Below are positions 39,825 through 48,040 of a stretch of 64,000 nt of DNA, one piece after another; position 1 is the stretch's first letter; every line of letters begins with the position of its first letter. The notes beneath the pieces were generated by a model, which was not told the DNA's origin, did not search any database, and worked only from the letters and a program-made list of their open reading frames with translations. This DNA comes from an uncultured bacterium (GTDB lineage: Bacteria; Deinococcota; Deinococci; Deinococcales; Trueperaceae), in NCBI GenBank assembly GCA_964630175.1, contig CAZVTS010000001.1, forward strand, positions 8,009 to 72,008, given 5' to 3'. The position numbers and the translations under genes are program-made.

Positions 39825-41516
39825 GTGCGGGGGGGCACGCTCGGGCGCAGCCTGGGGTGGCCATCGGGTCACGGCCGAGGCAGTGCTGCCGTTCTTCTCA
39901 TCAGCATGTTGGCGGTCGGCGTTTTCGCGCTCGGCGGCGTCGCTCGGGCGCAGAGTGCGGCGGAGACGCTGAAGGTGGCGGACGCAGCCTACCTGGAAGC
40001 CTTGACGACTGAGTTCGGTAGGGCGCCCACCCCGGACGATGGCGTGTGGCGCGCGGCCATCGACGCGGCGGAACAAGCCGGTGACGAGGCTGCGCGAGAG
40101 CTCGACGCAGCGAGCTCGCTCAGCGGTCCGGGGAGCACCGCGGCGGCGGAGGCGACGGCGGTTCGGTTGGAAGCGTTGGCGCTCGCTGCCCGCGTCTACG
40201 GCTCGGTGCGCTGGCACAGCCGGGCCCACGCGAAGTGGGAAGCTTACGTGGCCGAGGGCGGCAAGATCCAGGACGTGAGGGTGCCACCCGTGGGGTTGCC
40301 GGAGCCACAGGCAGCCGCCTTCCCGACCGACATCGGTTTCGCCACAACGGCGCTGAGCCAGTTGGCGTTCGCACGCTACGAGGCGGGCGATCACGAGTCT
40401 GCCCGCAGCTACTACACGGAGGTGCTCGACCTGGCGCCCGCCGACCCGGAGGCGCTGCGGTGGTTGGCGCGCATGGCCTTCGAAGAGGGAGACACGGCCA
40501 CGGCCATAGCGGTGTGGGCCGAACTGGTGCAGGTGGCGCCGGATGACGAGGGCGCCCGCTTCTTCCTGGAGTTGAGTAAGGAGCGCGACGCCTACGGCGC
40601 TGCCGCCAGCGAGGCGTACCGTGCCGGCATCCGCGCTTACGAGAACGGCGTGCTGCAGTCGGCGCTGGAGAGCTTCGAGGCGGCTTACGCCGCCAACCCG
40701 CAGTTCCCCGACGCGGCGGTTTGGGCCGCGCGCAGCGCGTTCGAGCTGGGCAGGCCGGCCGTGGCGGAGCCCTACTGGGAGGCCGCCCTCGCCGCGGACC
40801 CGGCAGACGCGCGTTCGGCATGGTTCCTGGAAGTGACCAGGGCGCAGCGGCGCTGGGGCGTGGCCGCCGCCAACGACTTCTACGCAGGGCAGACCGCCTA
40901 CGCGGACGGCGACCTGGACCTCGCCGAGGCGCTCTTCGTGAGCGCCGTCGAGCGGAACCCAACCTACGTCGACGCCTGGGTATGGGCTGCGCGCAGCAGC
41001 CAGGAGGCGGGCCGCGCGTCCGAGGCGATCGGCTACTGGCAGGAGGTGCTCAGGCTCGATCCCAACGACGACCGCGCCCGTTACTTCCTACAGGTGGCGC
41101 GGCAGCAACTGGCGTTCGGACCCGAGGCGGGCAACGCCTTCGTGCGGGGCATGGACGCTTACCAGGCCGGCGACGTGGAGGGTGCCCGCTCGGGCTTCAC
41201 GGACGCCGTGGAGGCGGCCCCCACCTTCGCTGCCGCCTGGGGTCAGCTCGGCAGGCTGGAGTTCCAGGTGGGCGAGTTCGGTGCCGCGGCCCGCGCGTAC
41301 GGCCACGCTCTCGAGCTCGAGCCCGCCAGCGACGAGTACGCGTTCTTCGCCGCGGAGGCGCGGCGCTTGGCCGGGCTGGACTCTACCGGGGCGGAGCCGG
41401 TGGACCCCGGCGCCGAAGCAGATGCGCCGGACGGCGACGAGGATGCGGCGCCTGAGCAGGACCCGGGCATCACGCCGCTGCCGCCCGCCGGCCCCGGGGC
41501 GGACTCCGTGCCATGA
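39825..41516 (+). CDS. Secreted TPR-repeat protein with an acidic C-terminus
   Basis: Signal peptide (AAVLLISMLAVGVFALGGVARAQS). Multiple TPR units (YYTEVLDLAPADPEALRWLA, YWQEVLRLDPNDDRARYFL, and others). Start is GTG 39825 or ATG 39906. The 766-aa ORF from 39216 is rejected because it overlaps the upstream gene. Confidence 0.7.
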   Translation: MRGGTLGRSLGWPSGHGRGSAAVLLISMLAVGVFALGGVARAQSAAETLKVADAAYLEALTTEFGRAPTPDDGVWRAAIDAAEQAGDEAARELDAASSLSGPGSTAAAEATAVRLEALALAARVYGSVRWHSRAHAKWEAYVAEGGKIQDVRVPPVGLPEPQAAAFPTDIGFATTALSQLAFARYEAGDHESARSYYTEVLDLAPADPEALRWLARMAFEEGDTATAIAVWAELVQVAPDDEGARFFLELSKERDAYGAAASEAYRAGIRAYENGVLQSALESFEAAYAANPQFPDAAVWAARSAFELGRPAVAEPYWEAALAADPADARSAWFLEVTRAQRRWGVAAANDFYAGQTAYADGDLDLAEALFVSAVERNPTYVDAWVWAARSSQEAGRASEAIGYWQEVLRLDPNDDRARYFLQVARQQLAFGPEAGNAFVRGMDAYQAGDVEGARSGFTDAVEAAPTFAAAWGQLGRLEFQVGEFGAAARAYGHALELEPASDEYAFFAAEARRLAGLDSTGAEPVDPGAEADAPDGDEDAAPEQDPGITPLPPAGPGADSVP

Positions 41517-41606
41517 ACCTAAGTAGCTGAACCACCCGCGCCGGCCCGGTTCACGGCCGGCAATACCCTAGGCGCCCCCGAGGAGCGCGAAGTTGGAGCA
41601 ACACTG

Positions 41607-43313
41607 ATGAAGCAGTTCGAGAGACGCGTAGACGAACAAGGCAACCCCTACATGACCACCGAGTTGTCCGGCTACATGATCACGCGCTTACCCCTCCTGA
41701 ACAAGAGTTCGGGCTTCAGCGCCGACGAGCGCAGGGAACTGGGCCTCACCGGGCTCATCGCCCCGCACATCTCCACGCTCGAGGAGCAGGTGGACCGCGC
41801 TTACGCCAACTTCAAGCGTTTCGTCACCGGCCTGGACAAGCACGTTTACCTGAGGGTGCTTCAGGACCGCAACGAGACGCTCTTCTACGCGCTACTCGAG
41901 CGCCACCTGGAGGAGATGCTGCCCATCATCTACACGCCCACCGTGGCGGAGGCGGTGCAGAACTTCAGCCTCATCTACCGCTGGCCCCGCGGTCTCGTCA
42001 TCAGCACGCAGAACATCGACTACGTGGACGAAGTGCTGAAGCAGATCCCGCTGACGGACGTGCGACTGGCCGTGGCCACGGACTCCGAGGGCATCTTGGG
42101 GATAGGCGATCAGGGCTTCGGCGGCATGGCCATATGTATAGGCAAGCTCTCCCTCTACACGGCGGGCGCCGGCATCGACCCCGCCACCACCATGCCCATC
42201 GAACTTGACGTAGGCACCAACCGCGCCGACCTGCTGGACGATCCCCTCTACCTGGGCGTCCGTCACGAGCGGCTGGTGGGTCAGGAGTACGACGATTTCA
42301 TCGAGCGGTTCGTCACCGCCTTCTCCAAACGTTTCCCGGACGCCTTGCTTCAGTGGGAGGACTTCAGCAAACAGAAAGCGTTCGATGTGCTGGGCCGCTA
42401 CCGCGACCGGCTGCCGAGCTTGAACGACGACGTTCAGGGCACCGGGGCGGTGGTGCTGGCGGGGCTGCTCGCCAGTGCGCGGATGACGCACCGCAAGCTC
42501 ACGGACGAGACGTTCGTGGTCCACGGCGCCGGCGCCGGCGGGGTGGGCGTGGCGCTGCAGATCACTCACGGCCTCGTGCGGCAAGGACTCTCACCGGAGG
42601 AGGCCAAGGCGCGCGTGCTGGTCATCGATTCTCGCGGCCTGCTGGTGGAGGGGCGTGAGGGCATGGAGCCCTATAAGCGCGATGTGGCCCAGACGGCCGC
42701 GCGCCTCGAGGGCTGGGAGTTCGCGGGCAGCGTGCCGAGCCTGCTGGAAACGGTGCAGAACGCCAATGCAACCGCGCTCCTGGGGCTGTCTGGCCAGGCC
42801 GGCGCCTTCGACCAGGGTCTGGTGCAGGCGGTGGCGGCCAACAGCCCGCGCCCCATCGTGTTCCCGCTCTCCAACCCCACCGCCAACAGTGAGGCGGTAC
42901 CGGAGGACGTGCTGGCCTGGACGGGCGGCGCCGCGGTGGTAGCTACAGGCAGTCCGTTCCCCGACGTCATGTTGGACGGCAAGCGCCACATCATCGGCCA
43001 GGGCAACAACGCCTTCATCTTCCCGGGCCTGGGGCTGGGCGCACTGGTGACGGGTGCGAGCCGCATAACGGACGACATGCTCACCGCGGCGGCAGAGGCC
43101 CTGGCCGAGTACACGGACCCCGGTCGGTTGCTGGAGGGCGCCGTCTACCCGCGAGTGGATTCGCTGCGCCGGGCCAGCCGCCACGTGGCCGTGGCGGTGG
43201 CCAAGCAGGCGTTGTCGGATGGCGTGGCGCGCCGCGAGTTGCAGGGCGACCTGGCGGAGGCCGTACAGGCGGCCATGTGGGAGCCGCGGTACCTGCCCAT
43301 CAGGCGGCCGTAA
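41607..43313 (+). CDS. maeA: NAD-dependent malic enzyme
   Basis: 568 aa. Motifs LNKSSGFSADER, IYTPTVAEA, GIGDQGFGGM and the Rossmann VVHGAGAGGVGVA. Confidence 0.93.
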   Translation: MKQFERRVDEQGNPYMTTELSGYMITRLPLLNKSSGFSADERRELGLTGLIAPHISTLEEQVDRAYANFKRFVTGLDKHVYLRVLQDRNETLFYALLERHLEEMLPIIYTPTVAEAVQNFSLIYRWPRGLVISTQNIDYVDEVLKQIPLTDVRLAVATDSEGILGIGDQGFGGMAICIGKLSLYTAGAGIDPATTMPIELDVGTNRADLLDDPLYLGVRHERLVGQEYDDFIERFVTAFSKRFPDALLQWEDFSKQKAFDVLGRYRDRLPSLNDDVQGTGAVVLAGLLASARMTHRKLTDETFVVHGAGAGGVGVALQITHGLVRQGLSPEEAKARVLVIDSRGLLVEGREGMEPYKRDVAQTAARLEGWEFAGSVPSLLETVQNANATALLGLSGQAGAFDQGLVQAVAANSPRPIVFPLSNPTANSEAVPEDVLAWTGGAAVVATGSPFPDVMLDGKRHIIGQGNNAFIFPGLGLGALVTGASRITDDMLTAAAEALAEYTDPGRLLEGAVYPRVDSLRRASRHVAVAVAKQALSDGVARRELQGDLAEAVQAAMWEPRYLPIRRP

Positions 43314-43343
43314 CGGGTCCGGCGTCGACGTGAGGCCGCAGCC

Positions 43344-43862
43344 GTGAGAACCGTGGTGCTCCGCGTGGTGGCGCTGGCGCTGCTCCTGCTACTGGCGCTG
43401 TTCGGCGCCATAGCGATGCGCACCATGCAGCGACTGCCGGACATGACCGTCTACTTCGTGCGGGACCTGGGCACCAGCTTCACGCTGGAGGCGGTGCACG
43501 AGCGGGTCGGGCGCCTACAGCCCGAGGCCCGGGCGCAGAGGCAAGTTCAGGCGCTGGCGGCGGGGCCGGTTCAAGGGTCGGCCCTCGCTACCACCGTGCC
43601 GGCTGGTGTGCGGCTGCGCAGCGCCGCGCTCGACGCCGGCGTGCTCACGGTGGACTTGAGCGGGGAGTTCGAAGAAGGTGGCGGCTCGGCGCTCATGATC
43701 GGGCGACTGAACCAACTCTTCTACACGCTGACCCAGCCTGCGGACGTGCAGGCCGTGCGTCTGCTCGTGGACGGGCGGGAAGTGCACGTGTTCAGCAGCG
43801 ATGGGCTGCAGGTGGAGCAGCCGTGGGTGAGGAGCGGCAAACCGAGCCCGCCGGTCTGGTAA
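43344..43862 (+). CDS. GerMN domain-containing protein
   Basis: N-terminal TM followed by a GerMN-like pattern (VYFVRD..., LSGEFEEGGGSALMIGRLNQLFYTLTQ, VQAVRLLVDGREV). GTG start. Confidence 0.7.
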   Translation: MRTVVLRVVALALLLLLALFGAIAMRTMQRLPDMTVYFVRDLGTSFTLEAVHERVGRLQPEARAQRQVQALAAGPVQGSALATTVPAGVRLRSAALDAGVLTVDLSGEFEEGGGSALMIGRLNQLFYTLTQPADVQAVRLLVDGREVHVFSSDGLQVEQPWVRSGKPSPPVW

Positions 43863-43967
43863 CCGGCCGGGCATCCGACTGGTTCGGACACTGGGTGGTT
43901 CATGGGCCTCACCGGGTGAAGATGAATGAAATAGACACGGTTCCTTTTGAAAGGAGGCTCGGAAAAC

Positions 43968-44123
43968 GTGGTTGAGCGGATCATGGTTGGCACGGAGGCC
44001 GTGAACCTGGAAGCGGGCGAGAGTGCCAGGCTGATTACAGATCAACCCCACTCCTATTTCGCAGCAGGTAATGAGCCTGCCGTCTTCACCATGGCCGTGC
44101 TAGAGCAAGGTGGGCAGCGATGA
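43968..44123 (+). pseudogene. Cupin-domain protein, C-terminal fragment only
   Basis: Reads VVERIMVGTEAVNLEAGESARLITDQPHSYFAAGNEPAVFTMAVLE, matching the last beta-strands of a cupin barrel. The metal-binding N-terminal half is missing and an in-frame stop lies at 43932. Confidence 0.35.
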
Positions 44124-44162
44124 CGCGCCGACGGTTCACTTCCGAACCAGAAAGGTGAATCC

Positions 44163-44801
44163 ATGTATGTACCCGCGCACTTCGAGGAACCGAGCCAAGA
44201 AGTCCTGTATGGATTGATCGAGAGCCATCCGCTCGGCGTCCTTTTCACCAATGGAGCAAGTGGGCTGGACGCGAATCACATTCCCTTCGACCTCGACCGC
44301 AAGAGAGGCGAATACGGCACGCTTTTTTGCCATGTAGCCCGTAACAACAGTGTTTGGCAAGATGTCGCGACCGGCGATGAAGTGCTTGTGGTGTTTCGAG
44401 TCGCCGACGCCTACATCTCTCCGAACTGGTATCCCAGCAAGCACGAGTTTCATAAGCAGGTTCCAACATGGAACTACATCGTTGCGCACGCCCATGGACG
44501 GATCACCGTCCATGACGACGAGCGCCATGTCCTGCGTAACGTTGCCAAACTCACGCATCGGCATGAGGCAAACCAGCCCGTGCCTTGGAAGATGGGTGAT
44601 TCGCCACGCGAGTTCATCGACGCCATGTTGAAGGCGATCGTCGCCCTTGAGATCGAAATCACCAAGTTGGTCGGCAAGGCGAAACTCAGCCAGAACAAAG
44701 AACTGCGCGATATTCGTGGCGCTGCTGAGGCTCTGCTGCGGCAAGGTGACGAGAAGATCGGGCAAGCCATGCTTGCCGCCGCAGCAAGAAAAGCAGAATA
44801 G
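44163..44801 (+). CDS. paiB: FMN-binding negative transcriptional regulator, PaiB family
   Basis: Reads MYVPAHFEE...HPLGVLFT...ISPNWYPSKHEFHKQVPTWNYIVAHAHG...LSQNK, the characteristic PaiB pattern. GC3 is much lower than in flanking genes. Confidence 0.85.
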   Translation: MYVPAHFEEPSQEVLYGLIESHPLGVLFTNGASGLDANHIPFDLDRKRGEYGTLFCHVARNNSVWQDVATGDEVLVVFRVADAYISPNWYPSKHEFHKQVPTWNYIVAHAHGRITVHDDERHVLRNVAKLTHRHEANQPVPWKMGDSPREFIDAMLKAIVALEIEITKLVGKAKLSQNKELRDIRGAAEALLRQGDEKIGQAMLAAAARKAE

Positions 44802-44803
44802 CG

Positions 44804-45076
44804 GCGAAAAAAATACCCAGAGTATGCAGCAGGAAGCGGGCTGGATTCCGAGGCAGCCTCACGCTTGGTTGCCGCCTGTTTGAAAATCGTCCGGTAGCCT
44901 CCGCGCGAAAGGTATTGCGCGCGTTCGGGATCGCTTTGCCCGCAACAATAGGTCCGAAGCTGCTCGGTAGCCGGTCCGAAGTGCAGCACGATCTGCGCCA
45001 CTCTCCTCCGGCCCGTGTGCTCGTCCTTCGCATCCAGCACTTCCAGGCAGGCCAGGAGATGCCGTTCGGCGTTCAT
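44804..45076 (-). pseudogene. Remnant ORF of unknown family next to tRNA-Arg
   Basis: Starts MNAERHLLACLEVLDAKDEHTGRRRVAQIVLHFGPATEQLRTYCCGQSDPERAQYLSRGGY. The frame then runs without a stop into the antisense of paiB, so the C-terminus appears lost. Confidence 0.2.
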
Positions 45077-45091
45077 AGACTTGTTCTGAAA

Positions 45092-45168
45092 TGGTGCGCC
45101 CGGCAGGATTCGAACCTGCGGCCTTTCGCTCCGGAGGCGAACGCTCTATCCGGCTGAGCTACGGGCGC
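45092..45168 (-). tRNA. tRNA-Arg (anticodon CCG), CCA encoded
   Basis: Minus strand reads GCGCCCGUAGCUCAGCCGGAUAGAGCGUUCGCCUCCGGAGCGAAAGGCCGCAGGUUCGAAUCCUGCCGGGCGCACCA. It folds as a cloverleaf with anticodon loop CUCCGGA. Confidence 0.95.
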
Positions 45169-45518
45169 TCGTTGGTGAGCCAGCGCCCGCAGGCGTGACT
45201 CCTTGCCACCCCGCGCGAGCTAGGTCCCGCGCAGGCACCCGCCAATATAGCAGGTAGGCATGGCGCTGGTTCAAAGACGGCGCGAGGCTGGGCGCCGGGT
45301 GCCACGTACTCTTCGTCGGTTCTGGTACACTCCGGGGCGTGCTCCTCGCTGGCCAGCCATCCGGCAGGGCAGCCGTGCCCGCTGCGGCCGCGCCAAGTGG
45401 CCCGGAGCGGCGCTCCGGCACCCTGGGCAAGCGAGTGATGATCGTCCGTAAGAGCAGGCCTCCATACCGTGACCAGGCAGCAAGGTCGCCCGGGGGCTCC
45501 GGGAGGAACTGACCAGAG

Positions 45519-47510
45519 ATGAAGTTCAACAAGCGCACCACCACTATTATCCTGTGGGCCGTTTCCATCGGGCTCCTAGCGGGCATGGTGATCTCCTTCA
45601 CGCCGGGCCTGAGCCTCATAGGCGCCAACACCTCGTCCCGCGGCCCGGTCCAGATGACCGTGAACGGTCAGAACATCTACGAGTACGACGTCCAGCAGGC
45701 GCGTTCCAACGCCCTGTTCTCCGCAGTCACTGAGGGCGAGGTCGGGGCCGACCTCAAGCGGCTCATGGTCGACCAGCTGGCCCGCCAATCCGTGCTCAAC
45801 CAGGCCGCGTCCCGCATCAACGTCTCGAGCGGCGAGGTGCGTCAGGCCGTCAACGAGTTCCGCACCGAGCGCGGGGTGGCCGGCGGCCGTAACGACCGCG
45901 CCTACCAGAACCTGATCGCCAGCGCCGGTTTCACGGACCAGTCGTTCCGCGAGTACCTGCGCGACCAGATCCGCCTCGGCAAGTTCGAAGACCAGCTCGT
46001 GGGCAACGTCACCGTTACCGACGAAGAGGTCGAGGCCTACTACCAGTCGCACCTCACCAGCTACCAGAGCGAGGAGCAGATCCTCGCCCGCCAGATCGTA
46101 GTGGACGACGAAGCGCTCGCCCAGCGCCTGCGCACGCACGCGTTGGCTGGAGAAGACTTCGCCGCACTGGCCCGCGAGTACAGCCTGGACCTGGCCGATC
46201 GGGACGGTGCCGTCGGAGCCGCGAGTGGTGAGACGGAGCCGCGCGCCGTGGGGCGTCCGGCCCTCCCGACCAACGTTGCCAACGCTGCGTTCGCGCTGCG
46301 CGGCGCCGGCACTACCGATGTGGTGACCTCCAACCTGCGCTACTTCGTGGTGCAGGTCGAGGGCTACCTCCCCGCTGCTACCCGCCCGTTCGACGAGGTG
46401 GCCGACACCGTGCGGCAGGATGCGCTCGACGCCAAGAAGTCGGGCATCGTGGAAGCCGAGTTGGACCGCCTGCGGGAGGAAGCCACGCTCACCTTCCCGG
46501 CCAACAGCGAACTCAGCTTCACGAACCCCGTCATCGCCGAGGTGAACGGTGTGGAGATTCACGCTGTGGACCTCGATTCGGCGCTCTACACCAACCCTCA
46601 GATCCAGCAGAGCCTCTCTCCTCAGGTGGCCGACCTCATCGTGGGCCTCTTCAAACCGACCGTGCTCAGCCAGGTGATAGACACCGAGGTCGCCTACCAG
46701 GCCGCCAGCAGCCTGGGGGTGCCACTGGTGGGCACCCGCGCCGGCATAGCGCAGGCCGCACTCAGCTACGTGGGGCGCGACGCGGAGGCGACCGAGGCGG
46801 AACTGACCACTTACTACCTGACCAACTCTGCCGCTTTCATAATCCCCGCAGAGGCGTTCGTGACGCGGGTCGACTTCGACGCGCAGACCGGCGCGAGCCA
46901 GTTCCGGCAGGCGCTGCTGGAGGGCACCTCCGTGGAGGCCGCAGCCAACACGGCCGGCGGCACCGTCACCGACCTTGGACTGGTGAGGGCGGGCGACCTG
47001 GAACTCGAGATAGACACGGCGCTCTTCGGTACGCAGGCCTTCGAGGCGCTGCCTGAAGACGGCGATGAAGCCGGCCTGGACGTGTCCGACGTGCTGGTGC
47101 TACGCCTGCCCGCCGAGCCCGGTGGTGCGGACGCTGCTGAAGGCCAGGAAGCCGATGCCGACGACGACGCCATGGTGGAGCGGTTCGTGGTGCTGGTGGC
47201 GGAGCGCACTCCCGAGCGCCTGCGCGCGTTCGAAGACGTGAAGGCGCAGGTGGAGGCGTCCGTGCTGGCCCAGAAACGCCAGGCCGAGCGCACCGAGTGG
47301 CTCTCCGAGCGCCGCCAGGAAGCCGACATCGTGGAGTACAGCATCGCTGGTGGAGACTTCGGTTTGCCGGCCGACCTCTTCACCACCGACCCCGCCACGT
47401 TGCCCGCGGACGACGGCGAAGCTGCCGGCGCAGATGCCAGCGAAGCCGCACCTGACGCCGCCGACGAAGGCGAGAGCGACAGCGCCGAAGAGGAGCCGGG
47501 CGCGCAGTAG
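45519..47510 (+). CDS. PpiD/SurA-like periplasmic chaperone with a PpiC-type parvulin domain
   Basis: N-terminal TM anchor, SurA_N-like region, and a parvulin region (ARQIVVDDEALAQRLRTHALAGEDFAALAREYS). Acidic C-terminal tail. Confidence 0.8.
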   Translation: MKFNKRTTTIILWAVSIGLLAGMVISFTPGLSLIGANTSSRGPVQMTVNGQNIYEYDVQQARSNALFSAVTEGEVGADLKRLMVDQLARQSVLNQAASRINVSSGEVRQAVNEFRTERGVAGGRNDRAYQNLIASAGFTDQSFREYLRDQIRLGKFEDQLVGNVTVTDEEVEAYYQSHLTSYQSEEQILARQIVVDDEALAQRLRTHALAGEDFAALAREYSLDLADRDGAVGAASGETEPRAVGRPALPTNVANAAFALRGAGTTDVVTSNLRYFVVQVEGYLPAATRPFDEVADTVRQDALDAKKSGIVEAELDRLREEATLTFPANSELSFTNPVIAEVNGVEIHAVDLDSALYTNPQIQQSLSPQVADLIVGLFKPTVLSQVIDTEVAYQAASSLGVPLVGTRAGIAQAALSYVGRDAEATEAELTTYYLTNSAAFIIPAEAFVTRVDFDAQTGASQFRQALLEGTSVEAAANTAGGTVTDLGLVRAGDLELEIDTALFGTQAFEALPEDGDEAGLDVSDVLVLRLPAEPGGADAAEGQEADADDDAMVERFVVLVAERTPERLRAFEDVKAQVEASVLAQKRQAERTEWLSERRQEADIVEYSIAGGDFGLPADLFTTDPATLPADDGEAAGADASEAAPDAADEGESDSAEEEPGAQ

Positions 47511-47561
47511 CCCGCACGGTGCCCCGCCGGCTCAGGGCCGGCGTTACATGAACACCAACTG

Positions 47562-47594
47562 GGCGGCCCGGTTCACCGGGCCGCCTTTTCTGTT
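47562..47594 (+). terminator. Rho-independent terminator after the ppiD-like gene
   Basis: GGCGGCCCGG-TTCA-CCGGGCCGCC, a perfect 10-bp stem, followed by TTTTCTGTT. Confidence 0.8.
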
Positions 47595-47669
47595 GCCCGG
47601 AAGTGGGCGCCCTAGCCCTACGGCGCCAACATCGCGTGCAGCACGTGGTCTCGCCGCGAGCGTGCGGAA

Positions 47670-47689
47670 GTACTACATCTGGTACCGAG
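47670..47689 (+). promoter_or_regulatory. Repeat copy A, GTACTACATCTGGTACCGAG (NrdR-box-like)
   Basis: 19 of 20 nt identical to copy B, which lies 198 bp downstream. The core is partly palindromic (GTAC-N8-GTAC). Confidence 0.4.
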
Positions 47690-47867
47690 GCTCTGTACAA
47701 CGTCCAGAGGTAGCGTTACAAGTCTTGTTGCTCCAGGCGCGCGGTGATATCCTCCTCACACGGTCGAGCCAGTCGGGGGAGCGCCACTTGCGCGCGCCGC
47801 TGCGCCGCAGCGGGTGTCAGTAATATCCAACACACCCCGCGCTAATTAGTACCTGCTACCATTCGGG

Positions 47868-47887
47868 GTACTACATCTTGTACCGAG
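47868..47887 (+). promoter_or_regulatory. Repeat copy B, GTACTACATCTTGTACCGAG (NrdR-box-like), 153 nt upstream of nrdJ
   Basis: Resembles the 16-bp NrdR box consensus acaCwAtATaTwGtgt at about 11 of 16 positions. Confidence 0.4.
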
Positions 47888-48040
47888 CCCGGGAGAGCGA
47901 GGTCTCTTCCAAGAACACCCGGACTCACGTACGTAGCGCAAGAACGATGTGGCCACTGCCTGGCAGAGCGTCCGGGCGAACACCGCACACTTCACCAGCA
48001 GCCCCGACCGACAGCCACGGTCTGGGGCGAGAGGAGAGCC

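Larger units (their letters stand above)
43863..45091. other. Low-GC islet abutting the 3' end of tRNA-Arg (probable remnant of horizontally acquired DNA)
   Basis: Composition and codon usage change abruptly right after the GerMN stop and return to background after the tRNA. Contents are a truncated cupin, paiB and a remnant ORF. No integrase is present. Confidence 0.6.

Noticed and set aside
39216-41516. N-terminally extended ORF calls from the track: the 766-aa version of the TPR gene, 20623-21738, 22935-23609, 31512-32717, 32597-33709, 33776-35104, 36327-37121, 37719-39239, 20349-21176 and 26064-28679.
   Set aside because: The extensions overlap neighbouring genes or intergenic promoters and are Arg/Pro/Ala-rich. 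Family-typical N-termini begin at internal ATG or GTG codons, several of them preceded by Shine-Dalgarno sequences or embedded in GTGA overlaps.
43863-43935. Direct-repeat (att) copy of the tRNA-Arg 3' end at the left edge of the low-GC islet.
   Set aside because: I saw only a weak, gapped resemblance (CCGGGCATCCGA versus CCCGGCAGGATTCGA), which is not convincing by eye. No integrase is present.
45169-45518. 350-bp gene-free gap between tRNA-Arg and the ppiD-like gene, considered as a possible SRP RNA, 6S RNA or other ncRNA.
   Set aside because: It contains several GC-rich palindromes (for example CCGGAGCG-G-CGCTCCGG). It lacks the SRP domain IV motif (GGAAGCAGCC) and any long two-arm pairing typical of 6S RNA. 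The ORFs in it are Arg-rich junk. It probably holds only the tRNA and ppiD promoters.
47595-48040. Possible cobalamin riboswitch upstream of the B12-dependent nrdJ. Fragments seen: GGTGATATCC, GAGCCAGTCGGGGGA and GCCACTTG.
   Set aside because: The fragments are in the wrong order and spacing for the B12 element, and I saw no B12 box of the AGYCMGGAGACCKGCC type. B12 riboswitches normally repress B12-independent isozymes, not nrdJ. An Rfam scan would settle it.
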